DNA of 64,000 nt from Psilocybe cubensis (GCA_017499595.2 CM039008.1:2356001-2420000), one strand, 5' to 3'. Positions 34,723 to 51,054 are shown, counted from the first letter of the stretch. The notes: a model not told the origin generated them from the letters alone. Translations and numbers: made by a program.

Positions 34723-35839
34723 TCACGGAAAACCGTTTTCCGGCTCTGATGGCTTGTCATCAGATATGCAGAAACTTTGGATGGATGAAAGACTGATAGT
34801 TCGGGTTTTGAATTGAAGACTTCCAAGGTTGGCCTCTATATCATTATGATTCGGGTTCCCGTCATCTGGCATTTGCATTGCCGCTCTGCCTTGAGCGACT
34901 CGGTTTATGATGAGCAAAGGGGATATTGCCTTGAAGAATCCAATAAGCACGTATTATTATCTCAAGAAAAAAATTTGCATACACATATCTGAGGTAGAAG
35001 CTGAAGAACAAACATTGAGCCATTTGAGTTCTGGTATGCAACCAAGAACATATATGGTATGCCCAACAAAATGAGCAACGCTGCGGATTCGACAGTCATT
35101 GCCATTATCCTTGTGTACGGTGATCCGTGGCCAGGGCCAAGGACACTTTTGAGGTACTTTTTATGTAGCATGAGACGTCCAACTATGAGGAAGCAGATCA
35201 CGATATTGAAAACGGTGGAAAATATAACGATAAGAAGAGTTGGTAATCGCCCAGATTGACTGTCTACGAATAAGGATATTCCGCTTGCTTAATTTTAGGT
35301 TACGTGTCAAAAAAGGATATCGTAATTTTGAAGCAGAACGCACCTATGGCCGCCATAAAAACTATAGAAATAAAAGACAGAAGCACCACTCGGGCACCCC
35401 TAGATACACCATGGTAAAGAATTGCACAACGCCATAGCTAATTCATTGGTCAGAAATATAGTGTATATGATATCATTCGGCTTACCATAAAGCCATCTGC
35501 TGTCCAAATGCTCACAGGCAGAACGAAAGGAGCACCACTCGACAGTGACGGAAAACTCTCGTCGCCAAATATCGATGTAGCTGAAACCAAAAATCCTTGA
35601 AGGAGAGAAAGTGTGCCCAACAGCACCATAAACAAAGCGAAAAAGATGAGAAAATACATCCTTCTTGAAGGAATTGCAGCACTTTTGTGAAGAAGTAGTT
35701 TGAAGGAATCGATAAAGAGATTGAAGAGAAAACCGTATATTATAGCCGCAACCATCGTCCCAAGCATCTGCGTCTCAAGCAGATCATTGGGCCCTGGTAC
35801 CAGCCCAGACGGTTGGGAGACGGGGAGCCCGTTAAACAT
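34723..35839 (-). CDS. Agaricomycete multi-pass (7TM, GPCR-like) membrane protein 3
   Basis: Same layout. Motifs AAIIYGF, WTADGFM|LWRC, SPYTRIMAMTVESAAL and LPQIC|AISPLLIINRVAQGRA. Confidence 0.8.
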
Positions 35840-37095
35840 CGAGAATGTGAGCCTGTGAGGTATGTCAGATGCGGCATATATGCAGGTATATATGTGTGAT
35901 CAACAGTACACCCTGAGATCTCGAGAATCGGAGCTTCTACCCCAGGTGGACCGGAATTGGCGAGCTAAGTATAGCAAACCGAGAGATTCGCAGCCATGTT
36001 CTACATAAATACCAAGGCAACGTGATGAATGAGACAGTAGCTTGATCTTTCGTTCCAGCGATGGATACAGCAGACATGTACTGAATTTTCCGACAGGTCA
36101 AGGAGCATGGAGGTATATAAAGCGACGACAGTTAGATACCGTAATAGCTATGTATACAGTGCATGATAAAATTTGAAGTGTTGCGATCTATTTTTATACA
36201 CAGGGGTAAGCTGTGAGCAATACGCGTTCGATGAAAAGAACAAGATTGAAGCATAGAGAGAGAATAGATGTTCAAAGTGAAACATCATTCTTTCCCTAAG
36301 CATAGAGTCTTCATACCAAGCCATGGAGTTAGGCACAGGATGACAGTCGCCATCAAAGCCCTCTCAATAAGTCCATAGCCTTGGTAAACAACTCAGTAAT
36401 ATACAAAACCACTAGCTGTGTTTCTCAGAAGTCAACCAAGAGGTCCTAAGAAGAAGCATAGAAACATCAGGATGGTCATTGAAGATCGGAGAAATCAAAC
36501 TTGATTTTGATCATCTGTTTGGCAATTAGTCCCTCAAGAATTACCTTAGAAAAACCTGCAACGAGGAGGGAGTCTTTTCAGTCATTATCTCAGTATCAAC
36601 TAGGCCTAAACGGGGTACAGGTTAAGTTAATATCCTTCTTTAGCAGGAGAACCTTCAGCGTCCACCGTATTTGATCAGCACCCCCAGAACGTTTTGGCAC
36701 GTCCATGGTGTGAGAGACAAGTGTTGACAAGAACAATATAATAAAGTCCATTCGTGACATTTTCCACAGTTATGACGCAGGCTATGGGAGTCTCTGTGCG
36801 ATAACCCAAGGTTATCCATTGCACTGCATTTTGATCACAGATACCATAATCAAAAAGTGATGCTACTTACAAGGGGATAGACTTCTATAATTTCACTTTG
36901 GGCGACTGGTCACTGCTCCGCTCTGCCCGAAGATTAAGGGCAAATTTCGACTACACGGCTTCATCGGCCTTGATTTCTTCTAGGACTTTTTTAAAAACAT
37001 ACTCCTCTCTGCTCTAAAAAGCGAAGCGCTTTCAATGAACAGTCATAGCGATAATAAATGCGGAAAATCATACTATACTTGCCATTAACAAGTTT

Positions 37096-37978
37096 CTATA
37101 CAACAAGCCAAAAAGACAGCAATGACGTAGCGGAGAACAGAAGCACGATGTATAAGCTCCCAAGGCCCAATGGCAGGCTCACGCTGCCTGCGCTCGTGCT
37201 TCCTGGAGTAACCGTGGCTATGGGCTGGAGGCCGGCGCTGTACTTGATATGGTTGACAAGGTGTATGTCGATGTAATGCACACCGTCCACGCCGACCAAC
37301 ACATCTACACTGCCATTATATGTAACACAGTCGGCTTTCATATCGTCGGTGTTCATGTCGCATGATATCTTAATCTGCAGTGTATACACCTTAAGGCCCT
37401 GAGATACCTGGGGTGTTGCGTTGATGAACACTCGAGTCGCATCTTGTTCGAGGACGACTGATATTCACGTGTACATGGACGTTGCGATCATGTAATCTGT
37501 TAGGGAGATCGTTGAGAACAACAAACATACACTCACGGGTTGGAGGCGTCGGATCGGACAGCGCACGGAGGGATGGTGGTGAAAGCTTGTTGAGTCTGCG
37601 CTACACAATGTACGGGAGGCTATCGACGTGGTCACGTGACTAACGACCGAATCCCCTAGTACAGGGTCTGTATGGCGGGAGTGCTGAGGGCAGTGAAAAA
37701 TTGACCTTGATCGTCTTTGAACGCGAACAGACTGTTGATGATCTCGACTTCGTATCGCGTCACACCATTTTCAAGGGTCGTCAGAGCAGATACACGAGTG
37801 GTTCCCTCCTCTTTGAACCTATCCGTGTCAGGACAGGCATATAAACGGTCGCAACTGTGGCAGCATGAACTGTAGACCGAAAATTTAATGTTATCAACTG
37901 AACCCAACGAGAAGCTAGTCAAAACGTACCGGCCTGGAAAAGAATTGCACACGCACAAAGTGTCTTTATGTTAAGCAT
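37096..37978 (-). CDS. Small secreted, possibly GPI-anchored protein (paralog of 42716-43491); apparent frameshift, may be a pseudogene
   Basis: Signal-like MLNIKTLCACAILFQA|VHA, then GTTRVSAL...VTRYEV, two Cys, LQPIATVT and a hydrophobic C-terminus. Frame break near 37820-37840. Confidence 0.6.
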
Positions 37979-38109
37979 ATTCACGAATCGACAACGTTCA
38001 GAAGAACTCGATGAAGGGCACGAGAAGTAAATCAAAATTAGTGGCTTTTTATACAGATAACAAGATTCGCCAAGAGTTCCAAGGCCGAGTTAGATATCGT
38101 TAAGGTATT

Positions 38110-39345
38110 TCAACACGATTTACGCGTCATGATCAACGCGACGGGCCATTCCACGCGGACCACATCGTTGATCCCTACCGTCGCACCAGGGGATGTCTTT
38201 GCCGCTCCTTCACGGAGGTCTTTCCAGAATCGAATAGCAATGTCCCCTCCTCGTACGTCGCCTTTGCACGAATCAGCCGACATGCAGATAACGAACACGA
38301 CAAGGCACTTACTCGTGTCCTCCGAATCGCTGGAGAGATCTTCTTCGAGGAATCTGGTATCCTCAGGAGAAGTCAAATCCTCCGGATATCGTTCGTGGTA
38401 AGTATGTAACGCGCTCCATGTCCTGAAGTAAGCTAGTAGGTCCCGCCATCGCATCTCTGTTCGCATGAGAACAGGGTGTATAGGAGATTCTTTGGGGACA
38501 AAGGGCGGAACCTCGTCACCTATTGCTCGTTAGATACTGTGTCGTCGAGAGATATAATGCTTACCACAGAAGAACACTCGGTGTAGAGGCTCCAGCTTGA
38601 CACCAAATTCAGAGGGTTCCGGGACATCTACCAGGTGCCTTTCGAGGATAGTTCGTCCTGGACGTTGAAAATGGCTCCCTACACTTGCTTTGGGGTCGGT
38701 ACCCTGGGCATACGCAGTGATTTTCTCGCCCAGTGTTGGAAACTGGGGCAGACGAAACTCGGCGTAAATCTATAACAATAATCAGCGTGTATACCTATAT
38801 GAATTTCGTGTGTTGTACCCAGAATGCGACAGTTCCTCCTGGACGGAGAGCGCGGTAGGTCTCTGGCCATACTTTGCTCCAGTCGAACCAATGTGCAGCT
38901 TGAGCTGCAAGCACACGTGTTATTAAAATTCTTAAAACCTAGGGAAGACATACCCGCAACGATAAGATCAGCACTGTTCTCTGCTATCGCTTTGCTTGTA
39001 TCCTCGGCTGAGCCTTGGACGAATTTGAACTTGGATGGATCTGCCACTTTGGATGCGGCATAGGCACGCGCTTTTTCAAGCATACCAGCAGACGGTTCTA
39101 CTCCAAGGACTTCTTTGAACGGATGTAGTTGCAATGTAGCTTGTCCTACGAACAGTAAGTTATCTTTCTTCATCCAAAGAAAAACACGTACCTGTCCCAC
39201 ACCCGAGATCCGCTGCTCTTTCCCATTGCGCGTTCTTCCCCGCTCGATGGAACGCGAATATATGCTCAAAGAGCTCTGTAGGATACGTAGGACGAGATGC
39301 CGAGTATACAAGTGCGTTAAAGGTTGATTTAGCGAACGTAGACAT
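38110..39345 (-). CDS. Class I SAM-dependent methyltransferase, trans-aconitate methyltransferase (Tmt1/Crg1)-like
   Basis: F...YSASRPTYP, ADLGCGTG|QAT, GVEPSAGML, AQAAHWFDW, LRPGGTVAFW and YFRTWSA motifs. Five introns. Confidence 0.9.
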
Positions 39346-40314
39346 CGAGGTTGAAGTTCAAACTAGAGATGCTTTTGGGTTCAAGCTCGAACGGTTATAA
39401 ACGATCATTAATATTATTTATAGACTTGCGAGGGAAACGGCGACGGTTCATCCAATTTGCGGGGTGTGAGGAAATGAAATCCAATGTCGATCTTTGACCG
39501 ATAAGACTGGGAACTACAGTCGGATGTCGGTCTGAAATCCGTAAACCGATCTAGAGCGAACACTAGTCCGATGAGAAGCAAAAAGAACTGTGTAATGGTC
39601 TTACCTCCGGGATATTCGTGGGTCAACATTTACTGATTGTAGGTGGTTACATTGTAAGTTGTTTGGAATGGCGAAATCGTTCGAAATAAGTCGCAGAAAC
39701 CATTGACATTGGCTCACATTCGCTAGTCATGAAAAGTCCAGGAGGGACGTGCACGGAGAACCCTTAATTGAATCTCCATTTTAACATAAATATTTCGTTA
39801 ACCGACCTTCAAACGGTTTTTCATCTGGATCTTGACCATGCTTGCGCAACATAAAATTAGCATTAGTCTGTAGCAACCTCTTCTGAATTCATCGTCAAAT
39901 ACAATGTCCCAGCCAGTGCTTCAGTGCTAATAACACCAATTTTAAATTTTATATCCTTAGTTCAAGTCACATAAAATTAATTATTTTGATGAAAGTGATG
40001 GCCAGTTCGAAAACAAATGTAAATATATAGAAAATTTTCTCTATCTGTACTGCGATGAATAATGCGCAACAATATTTAGTAGTAAAGGTACCAACATGAA
40101 AAGGTTTGTCTTCCCGATGTAACCCTCCAACATTAAAGGGTTTTTCATCGTATTTACATTAGAATTTATATTTGATACCATATATAGATTTTAAGAGTTA
40201 AGTCTGTAGTCACATGACCTTGATCCGGCAAAACTCTGACCACGGTAAGGTAAGCAAGCACCTGGTGTTTCTCCAGTGAACATTTCTTCCTTCTTCACCC
40301 TCACCTCCTGCGAT

Positions 40315-42268
<1,954 letters not shown>

Positions 42269-42715
42269 ACGTATACCACGAGCACGCGGCCGCCTATCTT
42301 CATTGACGCTACCCTTATGTCTTAACGAGGACCGTGGAGTCGATACCCGTCTGTCACGATTGGCAGGAATCGGATGAGAACCCAGCCACTTTCCCCGTTA
42401 CCCATTCCTCCTCCATTGTTTATTCTCTCTTCTTTCACCACCCTTTCCTTTTGTTATTTTTTTGATTCAGGCATATCCTAACTCTATAGACGCATTCACA
42501 TTCGTCCATGTAACCCATCAACGGATGTACTTGTCCCCACTTACCGTACAAAGAATAATCTTTTTTATGCTCTGCCCTGCGCTTGGGTTTATGGAACTCA
42601 ACACGTTCCCGAGTTACAACAACCTCGATAACATCTGTAGGCTGCGATGACTTGGCTGACTACTCCAACATTTGTCCATTATGGTATATGGATACAACTT
42701 AATAAGTTACGAACT

Positions 42716-43491
42716 TTACAGATACCTAGCAAAGGCCGTCGCGAAAAGCATAGTTGCAACAATGCCAATATTTCCGCTTATCGCCTGCTTTGCACCGCTG
42801 GTTGTTAAAGTAGCTATAGGAAAGAGGGTGCCAGTAAACGTAGATGTCGACTCGTAAGTCCTTGTTTGAGTTGTGCTTCCAGCCGAATCCGTGCGATATT
42901 CAAATCGATAAATATGCTTCTGCACACATTCACCAGACTGCTTCTCTATATCGAGTTTACAGTTCTGAGAAAGCGCAGTAACGGGCGGGTCGTACTCCGT
43001 TACGATCTGGTGTAGCTTCATCTCTGTTTGATTTTCCTCGAAGTGGACTATGATTAACCAAAGTTATTTTTAGTTCGTATATGAATGGGTATCCGACCCT
43101 TGATCGGCGGGAAAGGCATAAAAGATTTGGCGCTCACATTTGTTCGTGGTTGGTTCGCTGAGGACAGTGACCGTGCTGCCACGGATGTCGGCCACGAGGA
43201 GGCTCTGCACCGCGTCCATTTCATATTTCGTCCGTCCGCCCTCACCGGTGCCTACCGCTGAGACGTGTGTTGTACCTAGGTAGGTGACGACAGAGATGTC
43301 TGGCTCGGTCGTGGTGGGTCTTGGTGGATCGACGAGGTAAACAGTTACTACACCGGCGAAGGCTGCGATAGGAAAATCCGGGGTTAGTGATCTGTGGGGT
43401 TGAAATGCCAGTGAAGGTTATGGTAGAGGTAATTACCGGTGTGGGCAGCGAATGCCAGAATGCATAATGAACGCATAGTAGCACCAAACAT
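42716..43491 (-). CDS. Small secreted Thr-rich, possibly GPI-anchored protein
   Basis: Three exons: MFGATMRSLCILAFAAHT|AFAGVVTVY...GTTHVSAVGTGEGGRTKYEM...|..HFEE...C....C...LFPIATLT, with a hydrophobic tail. Confidence 0.75.
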
Positions 43492-44483
43492 CGCGATTTG
43501 CTAGTATCAAGAACTTGGGGTATAGGGTTGTATGTACAGACGCCTGACAACGAACAACGACAATCTGTTTGAATTCAACGCGTCTTTTATAAGAGTTTAA
43601 AGCTTGAAGAGCGGCAATTTACAGCCGGTGCTCGAAAAGGTACATCCCAAGAGCCAGCCAAGAGCAAACATTTTATTTTGATGCAATTTGATGCCCAAGA
43701 GTCTAAAAGACTCAAAAAAGTGCTTAAAAGGGGTTTTACTGGGTATCCCGGAGACCCATTTTGATTTACTGTTTGTTTTTCCTGGATAAAGCCTGATAAA
43801 GCTCGGTCGATAGAAAAGCCACTCCTGAGATTGAAAGATGCTAGTATCACTACATTCTTACAACAGAACTTTGTACATATATACATATTTTGGATGGCTG
43901 TAGTAAAAATGTCACTGCTGTCACTAGACTGGACTGACATAGTTTTTTGTACCGGTCCTATACACCTGTTTTTATTTTTCTGCCAAGGAGTATGCTATTT
44001 CCTACTACAACCCACCTTCTATGGGCTACTCTTTTGTACAGCATTATGCCAATGATCATATCGCACATATTACTTGGGTCTAGAGGCGCATAGGAAATGA
44101 GCACCGTGTACGTCTCGTGATCATGAGCATTGGAATGCATAGCCATGTTATTTCGCTTGTAATCGCGATACCTTCTGCGAAGACTGTGGTAGACGGCCTT
44201 TTGCATTTTCCATGTGCAGCCGCACAGCAATAGAGAGGTTCCAGGAAGTATTAGAGCACAATCGGTTTGCCAAGTACTAGTAAGGGTGACGAGTTGAGGT
44301 ATGGTACACAATAATGGGAGAGCTGAAAAATTTGCACGGTTTTCCAGACCGACAACTCTCGGAAATTGGGAAACGCCGCTATCCACGGAAGTTGTTATTC
44401 CACAAGAATGTACTCCACCCAACACAAAGAAATAGCCACAAGATTTGGTGGGAGTACTGCGACAAATCAAATACACCTTCGAC

Positions 44484-45309
44484 TCAGAACGCCATCGAGA
44501 ACCCAACAATCGCAGGCCACACCATAAACACCAGTCGAAACTTGATCATCTCTAAATCGAAATAAAAGCTTCTTTCACTGTAACCGTGAGCAGTACGAAG
44601 CCTCCGCCCTTTTAGCGCCCGCACCATCCGCGGCACACCCTTCGACGATTTGCTCGTGCTTGACGGCAACACACCAGATTGAGAACCAGAAATTCGTGAG
44701 ATTACAGTGCTGGTGACGGTTATGATGCTGACAGGCTTGGAACTAGACACGGCATTGCGCGATGTGGGGGATGGAGGGGCAACGTAAGGGTTGGCAAGGA
44801 TGTTAAAATCGGCAGTGTAAATGATTTGAGGAGGTTGAGTTGTTATAAAACGAAGGTTGCTGTTTGAGAATGTAGATGGATGGTTAGGTGAGTGAGGTTT
44901 AATTGGATCCAACGAGGAAACACGAACAAATGGTGGAAATTGGCGGGCACAGACATAGGTATGTAGACTGTAGTAAAGAGCGAGCGGGGGTCCGCGTCTT
45001 TGGAGAGTGTGGCGATATACGTCTGTAATTTGTAGCATACGATGTTGAGAGGGAGCCATTCAAAATAGATCAGCTATACGGTGTTGGATAATTCACCTTA
45101 TTTCCCGCATAAAGATCGATTTTAAAACCAATGGTGGTGTTCAGGAACGGTTTCCGGCCGTCCTCAATCCAGGTGACTTCTGCAGGCTGGCCGGCTGTGT
45201 ATGTCGTGCTCGAGATTGGCTTAGTTGGGTATAAGGAAGCCTTGGTATACCGAGAGTACTGGGAGAGAAAACAGATCACCAGGACCACAAAAAAGTTGAA
45301 AGACAGCAT
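44484..45309 (-). CDS. Secreted Ser/Thr-rich cell-wall protein with Kre9/KNH-like N-terminal Ig-like domain and hydrophobic C-terminus
   Basis: Signal peptide, LYPTKP...YTAGQPAEVTWIEDG...IDLY, IYTADF, an S/T-rich linker and KFRLVFMVWPAIVGFSMAF. Internal splicing is uncertain. Confidence 0.7.
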
Positions 45310-46009
45310 AGCACAAGAGCTCCCGTAACTCGTTTACTGTGATTCAAATCAAAGCCCGCTTTGGTGGAAAGATCTTGGATTTACTCCAGAGCACCTTCCT
45401 CTACTAATCACGGCGCAGACTCGTCGAGTCACGACAGTGTCAATTCATACACAGACGCGCCGGTTCAGAAACGCCAGGTTGTCGCCACCCCGCCTAGTAT
45501 GAATATGCTTTATACTTCAGAGCCCTGCCAGGGGTCCTGCAAAATTCCGAGCCTCGAGGCGAAGTAGACAATGTGGTTTAACGACCGTGACCCCCTAGGG
45601 TGGTGAAAGGAATCTTTGTGTCAAAAAATATCTTAGGTTGAGTGGATATACAAGAATTAGGTTGCTGTACAAGTGAGCGTCTCTTAGCTTAATAGATTGG
45701 AGAAGTCCTAGAAATGTAGTTTCGAGTTTGTAATGAACGTTGAAGGGTTGAAGCATGAAGATTGAACGTGCACAGACGCGTTACATAATCAATGTTGATT
45801 TAAATATTCTCACGGTCTATGGCCATCATTCTCACGTGCATACTTGGCACGGCTTCAGCCTAATCCTCAACCTTTGACTCCTTCCTGAACATCGTATAAC
45901 ATCTTATAACATTCTTGGGGTCTTTTTTCGCCCCACTGGGCATTTGTAAAGGTATATATTAACATAACGTATAAGTTTGTTAATCGTCAAAGCTGCAATT
46001 GGAATAGAC

Positions 46010-49000
46010 ATGGCACAATATGACTCCGAGGCCGAGTCGATCCAAAGCGTCGCTTCACCATCGCAAAAGTTCGTCCCAGAGGAAGACGACGACGAGAACT
46101 TGTGGGAAGTTGAGTGTATTACGGCAGAGAGGAACAATATGTTCAAGGTCAAATGGGTTGGCCTCGATCCTATGACTGGGAAACCATGGGCGCAGAGCTG
46201 GGTTCCAAAGAAGGACTGCACACCCGACCTTGTGCTCGCGTGGAAATTGAAGAAGAAACAAGAAGAGAGGAGGAAATGTAAGTGACACTCAAAGGCCATT
46301 AACATTTTCCATCATGTTCATATCTTCGTCGCGTTCTATTTCTAGCCACCGCGTCGACTAAGGGACGCTCATCTGCTGCATCGTCGTCTACTGCCGCACC
46401 ACGAGCATCTACGTCTAAACTCGCAGAAGCCCGCCAATCGACTTCCACTACGCGTGAAGCTACGACTGCGAGACGCGGCCGGTCAAGCGGCGTGTCAATA
46501 CCAACCACCAATTCCCCAGACAATGTCACGAAATCCAAACCCAAGGTCGCACCACTGCCTATTGCAGAAGCCGATGTTGAAATGGAATCTGAACAAGAAC
46601 GAGAAGATATCAAATCCAAGGGGAAACGCGCAACTACGACGCATGGGAAGAAACACAAGCTTAACGAGGCACAGAGCGTCAACAATTCTGCTCGCATGCA
46701 ATCCAAATCCAAGGGCACACCTGATGTTGAAATGGAATCCGAACAAGAACAAGAAGACGTTAAGTCCAAGGGGAAAGGCGCGACTACGACGCAAGGGAAG
46801 AAACGCAAGCTTCACGAGGCACGGAGCGCAAACAACTCTGCTCACACGCCTACTGTCAATGTCAATATTAATGCAGGGATCGATAACGAGCAAGAGCCAC
46901 CCACGACACGCGTCGTTTCGAGACCAAAGAAGAAGCGAAAGGTAGAGGTCGATACGGTGAAACCGAAAGTTGCGGAGAAGGAGGAGGAGGAAGAGAGCAC
47001 CCAAGAAGCGGAAGCTTACTCTTCACGGGTAGCCAATCGAAAAGAGCTCGTCGAGTCAGAGGAGGAGGAAGAGCGCCTGGTCGAAGAGGTTTTATCGCAG
47101 GGGATTCCCACACCGCCTCGTCATGATAGCGATTCCTCTGTGCAGATTGTTGACGTTGGCGGCAAGGGTGACCACAATGAGGATGAGATTGACGAATTGG
47201 CCGACGACGATTCCGTAATTATTGTTTCCCAGCCACCTCCCAAGGCCAAGTCTACTACCAAACCTACGAATCCATCGCCGAAGGAAGCACCTTCCCCTCC
47301 TCGGAAGCCATCGCCCAAACCTCGCCCAGAAACTTCAGCAGCCTCGACTTTGAAAGCGACGCATACCAAGCGCGTATGGTCCGGACAAGCGATGCAGGTG
47401 AATACAACGCCCCGCAGGCTCAGAGTGGTCGACTACTCCAATAGAAGCGAAAGCAGCAAAAGCGACAGCGAGGAGAGCGAAAGTACAAGCAGCAAGAGTA
47501 GGAGCGAAAGGACCGACAGTCAGAGTAGAAGTAGAAGCAGCAGAAGAAGCAAGCCCAGTAACAGTGAGAATGATGATGACAGCAGCCACAGCGATCATCC
47601 ACAACACTCGTCGTTGGCGAAACCGCGTTATGGACCGCCGACGGAAGAGAGATCCGTTTTTTGGGAGGGTCCAGTTGATCGTGATGCGCTCCCGGATGAA
47701 GAGCGATTGACGCCGCGCAGCCTTGCTCGACTTAAGCAATTTGATAGGGAGATGGAAGCGTTGGAAAAGGAAGAAGAGCTGAATAGGCGCAGATTGCGTA
47801 AAGAACCAAGCGCCGTCCAAGGATTGTTGAAAGGAGCTGGGACATCGAAGAGTAGTGTGGCGCAACCCTCGACGTCTGGACATAAACAGGCTGTTCCGTC
47901 TTCATCCAAGGGCAAGTGGAAGGACAGGATAGTGGAGCTCATCAACGTCGACACGGAGAGCGAGAAAGACCTTGTACCGCCTACGAAGCAACCTATGTCC
48001 GTTCCTGATAAATCCTCAACCCTTATGAACCCTTCGAGTTCCAATGAAGCCGTCGAAAAACCACATTCCAAACCAGACTCGACTCATCCTATCACGACCT
48101 CTCTAATGCGAGAGGCTGGCGACGCAGACATACGTCCTATCGCTTCCAAGGCATCAAAGCAGACCGATGGCTCTTCTAAGTTGACAAATGCAACCAAACA
48201 GCGCGTCCACAAACCTCCCTCCAATTCTTATGAGCACGAAACCATTCCGGAGACAGAGGCTGAAGAATCTCAATCCCAGGAGAAAGGAAAAGGCAAGGCC
48301 CGCGATATTGACTTGACGCCTCCAGGACAGACTTACCCTACCCTCCTCCAACCACCGACGCCTTCCACTCCAGGGGGGCGAGCTACCCTCAGATCGAAAA
48401 TGCGACCAAAGACGCCACTGTCTCGAGGTCAATCCATGTCTGTCACGGGTAAACCCCTCGGTCCCATTCCTCAGCTCACACCATCGATCTTCTACCCCCA
48501 TCTTCCGCGTGCGCAACAGCCGGCGTCGTCGCTGCCTGAGAGTATCTCCGATGTCGTCGATTCTGTGAAGCACCCAAGCTCGAAGATCAGCACACAGATA
48601 GACAACGATGGCGATGTGCAGATGGAGTCCATTGAGGAGTTTGACTCGCCTGAGAAACCTCTGAGACCAGCAGCAGCGGCAGGTTCTGGGTCTGGTGCAA
48701 ATGGACATCGCGTAGGAAGTGCAGAGCAGATATGGGAGTCGGAAGTGGTGAAGAGGGGTCAAGAAATTGCGGAGGCTGCAAAGAGGAAGGCTGCTGCTGA
48801 AGCGGGTTTGCCAGCACCAAAGCCGAAGAAGACTCTCGATGATATCCGTGCAGCGCATAGTCGGAGGAATAGCAATACCAGCGATACCCATGGACAACGA
48901 GCGGGCCCAGGCGGTCTCGTTCATCAAACTATTGTGGAGGAGGACGAAAATATACAAGATGCGTCGACCATAGCCATTCCACCTGCTTCGGGACCACGGA

Positions 49001-50625
49001 TGGAAGACGAAAGTGCGACTCTCCGCGAGATGGAAGCTGCCTACGTTGATCTTGACGGCGGTGATTCACAGCCAGTTCCACCTCATGTTGCGTTGAGACA
49101 AGAGGAAGAGGAGTCGACGCAAGACGCTATGCAAACCAGGATGGACGATGCGTTGTTCCAGGTCTCGAAGACTTCGTCCTCGGAGAACGCTGTCTCGCAA
49201 CTGGTCCTTGGGTCTGATCAAGAAACCAACGATGGTGGCTTGGAGAACATCCCTAAGGTATTAATCATTTTTTTGTTGTCGATATAACATTTTACAAAAT
49301 GTTTTTCATGATTAGATTGTCGTGCAGGATCCTAGCCGGCCAGCTTCTCCCCGTCCGTATTCGGATGATGGCTTGCAAATGGCCAACATGCGCACCACCA
49401 GATCCCGTTCCAGGTCGCAAACTCCAGCTGTAGTCCCACAACCATTCAAAGGCCGGGGCAAGGGTAAGGCAAAGGCCACGCCAGCAAATAGTAGGGCAGG
49501 ATCTCTTGCGCCGCCCTCTAAGGCTTCTTCGTCTACGGTTAGCATTATCATCCCGCTAGTATTTCTTTCTGATTTCACTGAAAATATTCATGCAATTCTA
49601 TAGAGTCAACATCGCGACGATCTTCAAAATCGTCTTGATACTGCCCTCGCACTTGTTGAAACAAAGTCACAAGAGATAAAAAATCTTCAAGCTCAACTGG
49701 TTTCTGAACGAACCGCGAGTGCCGCGGAGGTCGAAAGGCTTAAAGCTCTGAATGAAACGCAGGAAAACATGATCGCCTCTTCGGCATCACGAATGACCGA
49801 CGCACAGGAGGAGTTCAAGCAACAGCTAGCTGAAGCTGAAACAAGGAACTCTCAGCTTCTCGCGGAGAAGGAGGAGTGGGCAGCCGAAAAACTCCGTCTG
49901 CTTGCACAACTAGATGCAGCTACGAAAAGTAGGGAAAGCGCAGACAAGGATCGCGAGTTCTTCCGTGAGCAGTATGCCCAAGCCTCCGGATATGTCACCT
50001 CCGTACGGGAAGACAACAAAGAGCTTGAGAAGCGTATCAAGATTGCTGAGGAGCAGGCGCAGTCTGGTGTTGCGCTGATTAAGGCGACATTTGAGATGCG
50101 CGTCAAGAATTTGGAAACTGATCTGAAGTCGTGGAGACGGATGGCGGAGTTTTTGATTGAGAAGGACAAGCGCACAGATAACGATGAACTTAGGCGCCGA
50201 GCAGCCGAGTACCCAGAGTTGGCTTCACGCTGTGAACGCCAAAAGAACTCGATTGAAGTCCTAGAGGAGGAATATGACGATCTAAAGGAAGAAATGGACC
50301 GTGAACGGGCGGCTGACAGAATGCACATTGAACGATTGACGAAGCAAGTAACGAGGCTGAATGTAGAGCTGAATGAAGCTCTGACTAAACTGGACAGGCT
50401 CGGACGAGCAAACGCTGAAGACGAGAGTGCAGATTCAAACCCTAGTGCAAATGAATTTGTTTACCCTTGTCAATGGAGAGATTATGATGGCGTTGAAAGT
50501 ACTCCTTGTTTGGAGGTCTTTCCAACTATTTCGGTATGTTCTGTCTAATTTATTAGTTTTTCGTTGCACTCATAATCACCTAGGAACTCGAGCATCATCT
50601 ACTTTCTGGACATCTTCATACCTAA
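46010..50625 (+). CDS. Large nuclear protein: N-terminal chromodomain-like module, long disordered region, coiled coil and C-terminal C2H2-like finger
   Basis: WEVECITAE...FKVKWVG.DP.TGKPW..SWVP...CTPDLV.AW. A 931-aa ORF, a heptad-rich region (49600-50400) and YPC-x12-C-x12-H-x4-H across the last intron. Confidence 0.8.
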
Positions 50626-51054
50626 CTTATTACCCTTGTTGTATTATAGTCATTATTCATCAGGATTTCCTTTTGCAACATCAAACTTGCGTGAAAATTA
50701 GCTGTATCTATACTTCTTGGTGGTAAATATTCTGCTTCTACCAGAATGTCTTTTTTGATTGTTCGTGCTTCTAATTGTCGGGATTGAGGACCTGACCGAA
50801 TTAGCGGACCGAATGCAAGACGCCATCTCAACTGATCACACCCCATCGTCCTTTAGTCATCCACTACCCTCAGATAACAAATTCAGGACCTGACCGGATG
50901 ACCACCCGCGCGCATCACATCTATGGTATTTTTTCGACCGTGCGATCGACTATATAAACCTTGAGATGAATGACCTAACCAAGACTCTCTTTCCTCTTAA
51001 CCAGTCTCACAAGCTAGCTTGAATTCCCATCCCAACAGGAGCAATTAATTATCG

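Noticed and set aside
19575-39345. Secondary-metabolite cluster suggested by two methyltransferases
   Set aside because: There is no PKS, NRPS, terpene synthase or decarboxylase backbone gene; the OMT is truncated and the neighbours are housekeeping genes.
46299-50328. Long antisense ORFs overlapping the chromodomain gene
   Set aside because: They are shadow frames of a long coding exon with biased composition.
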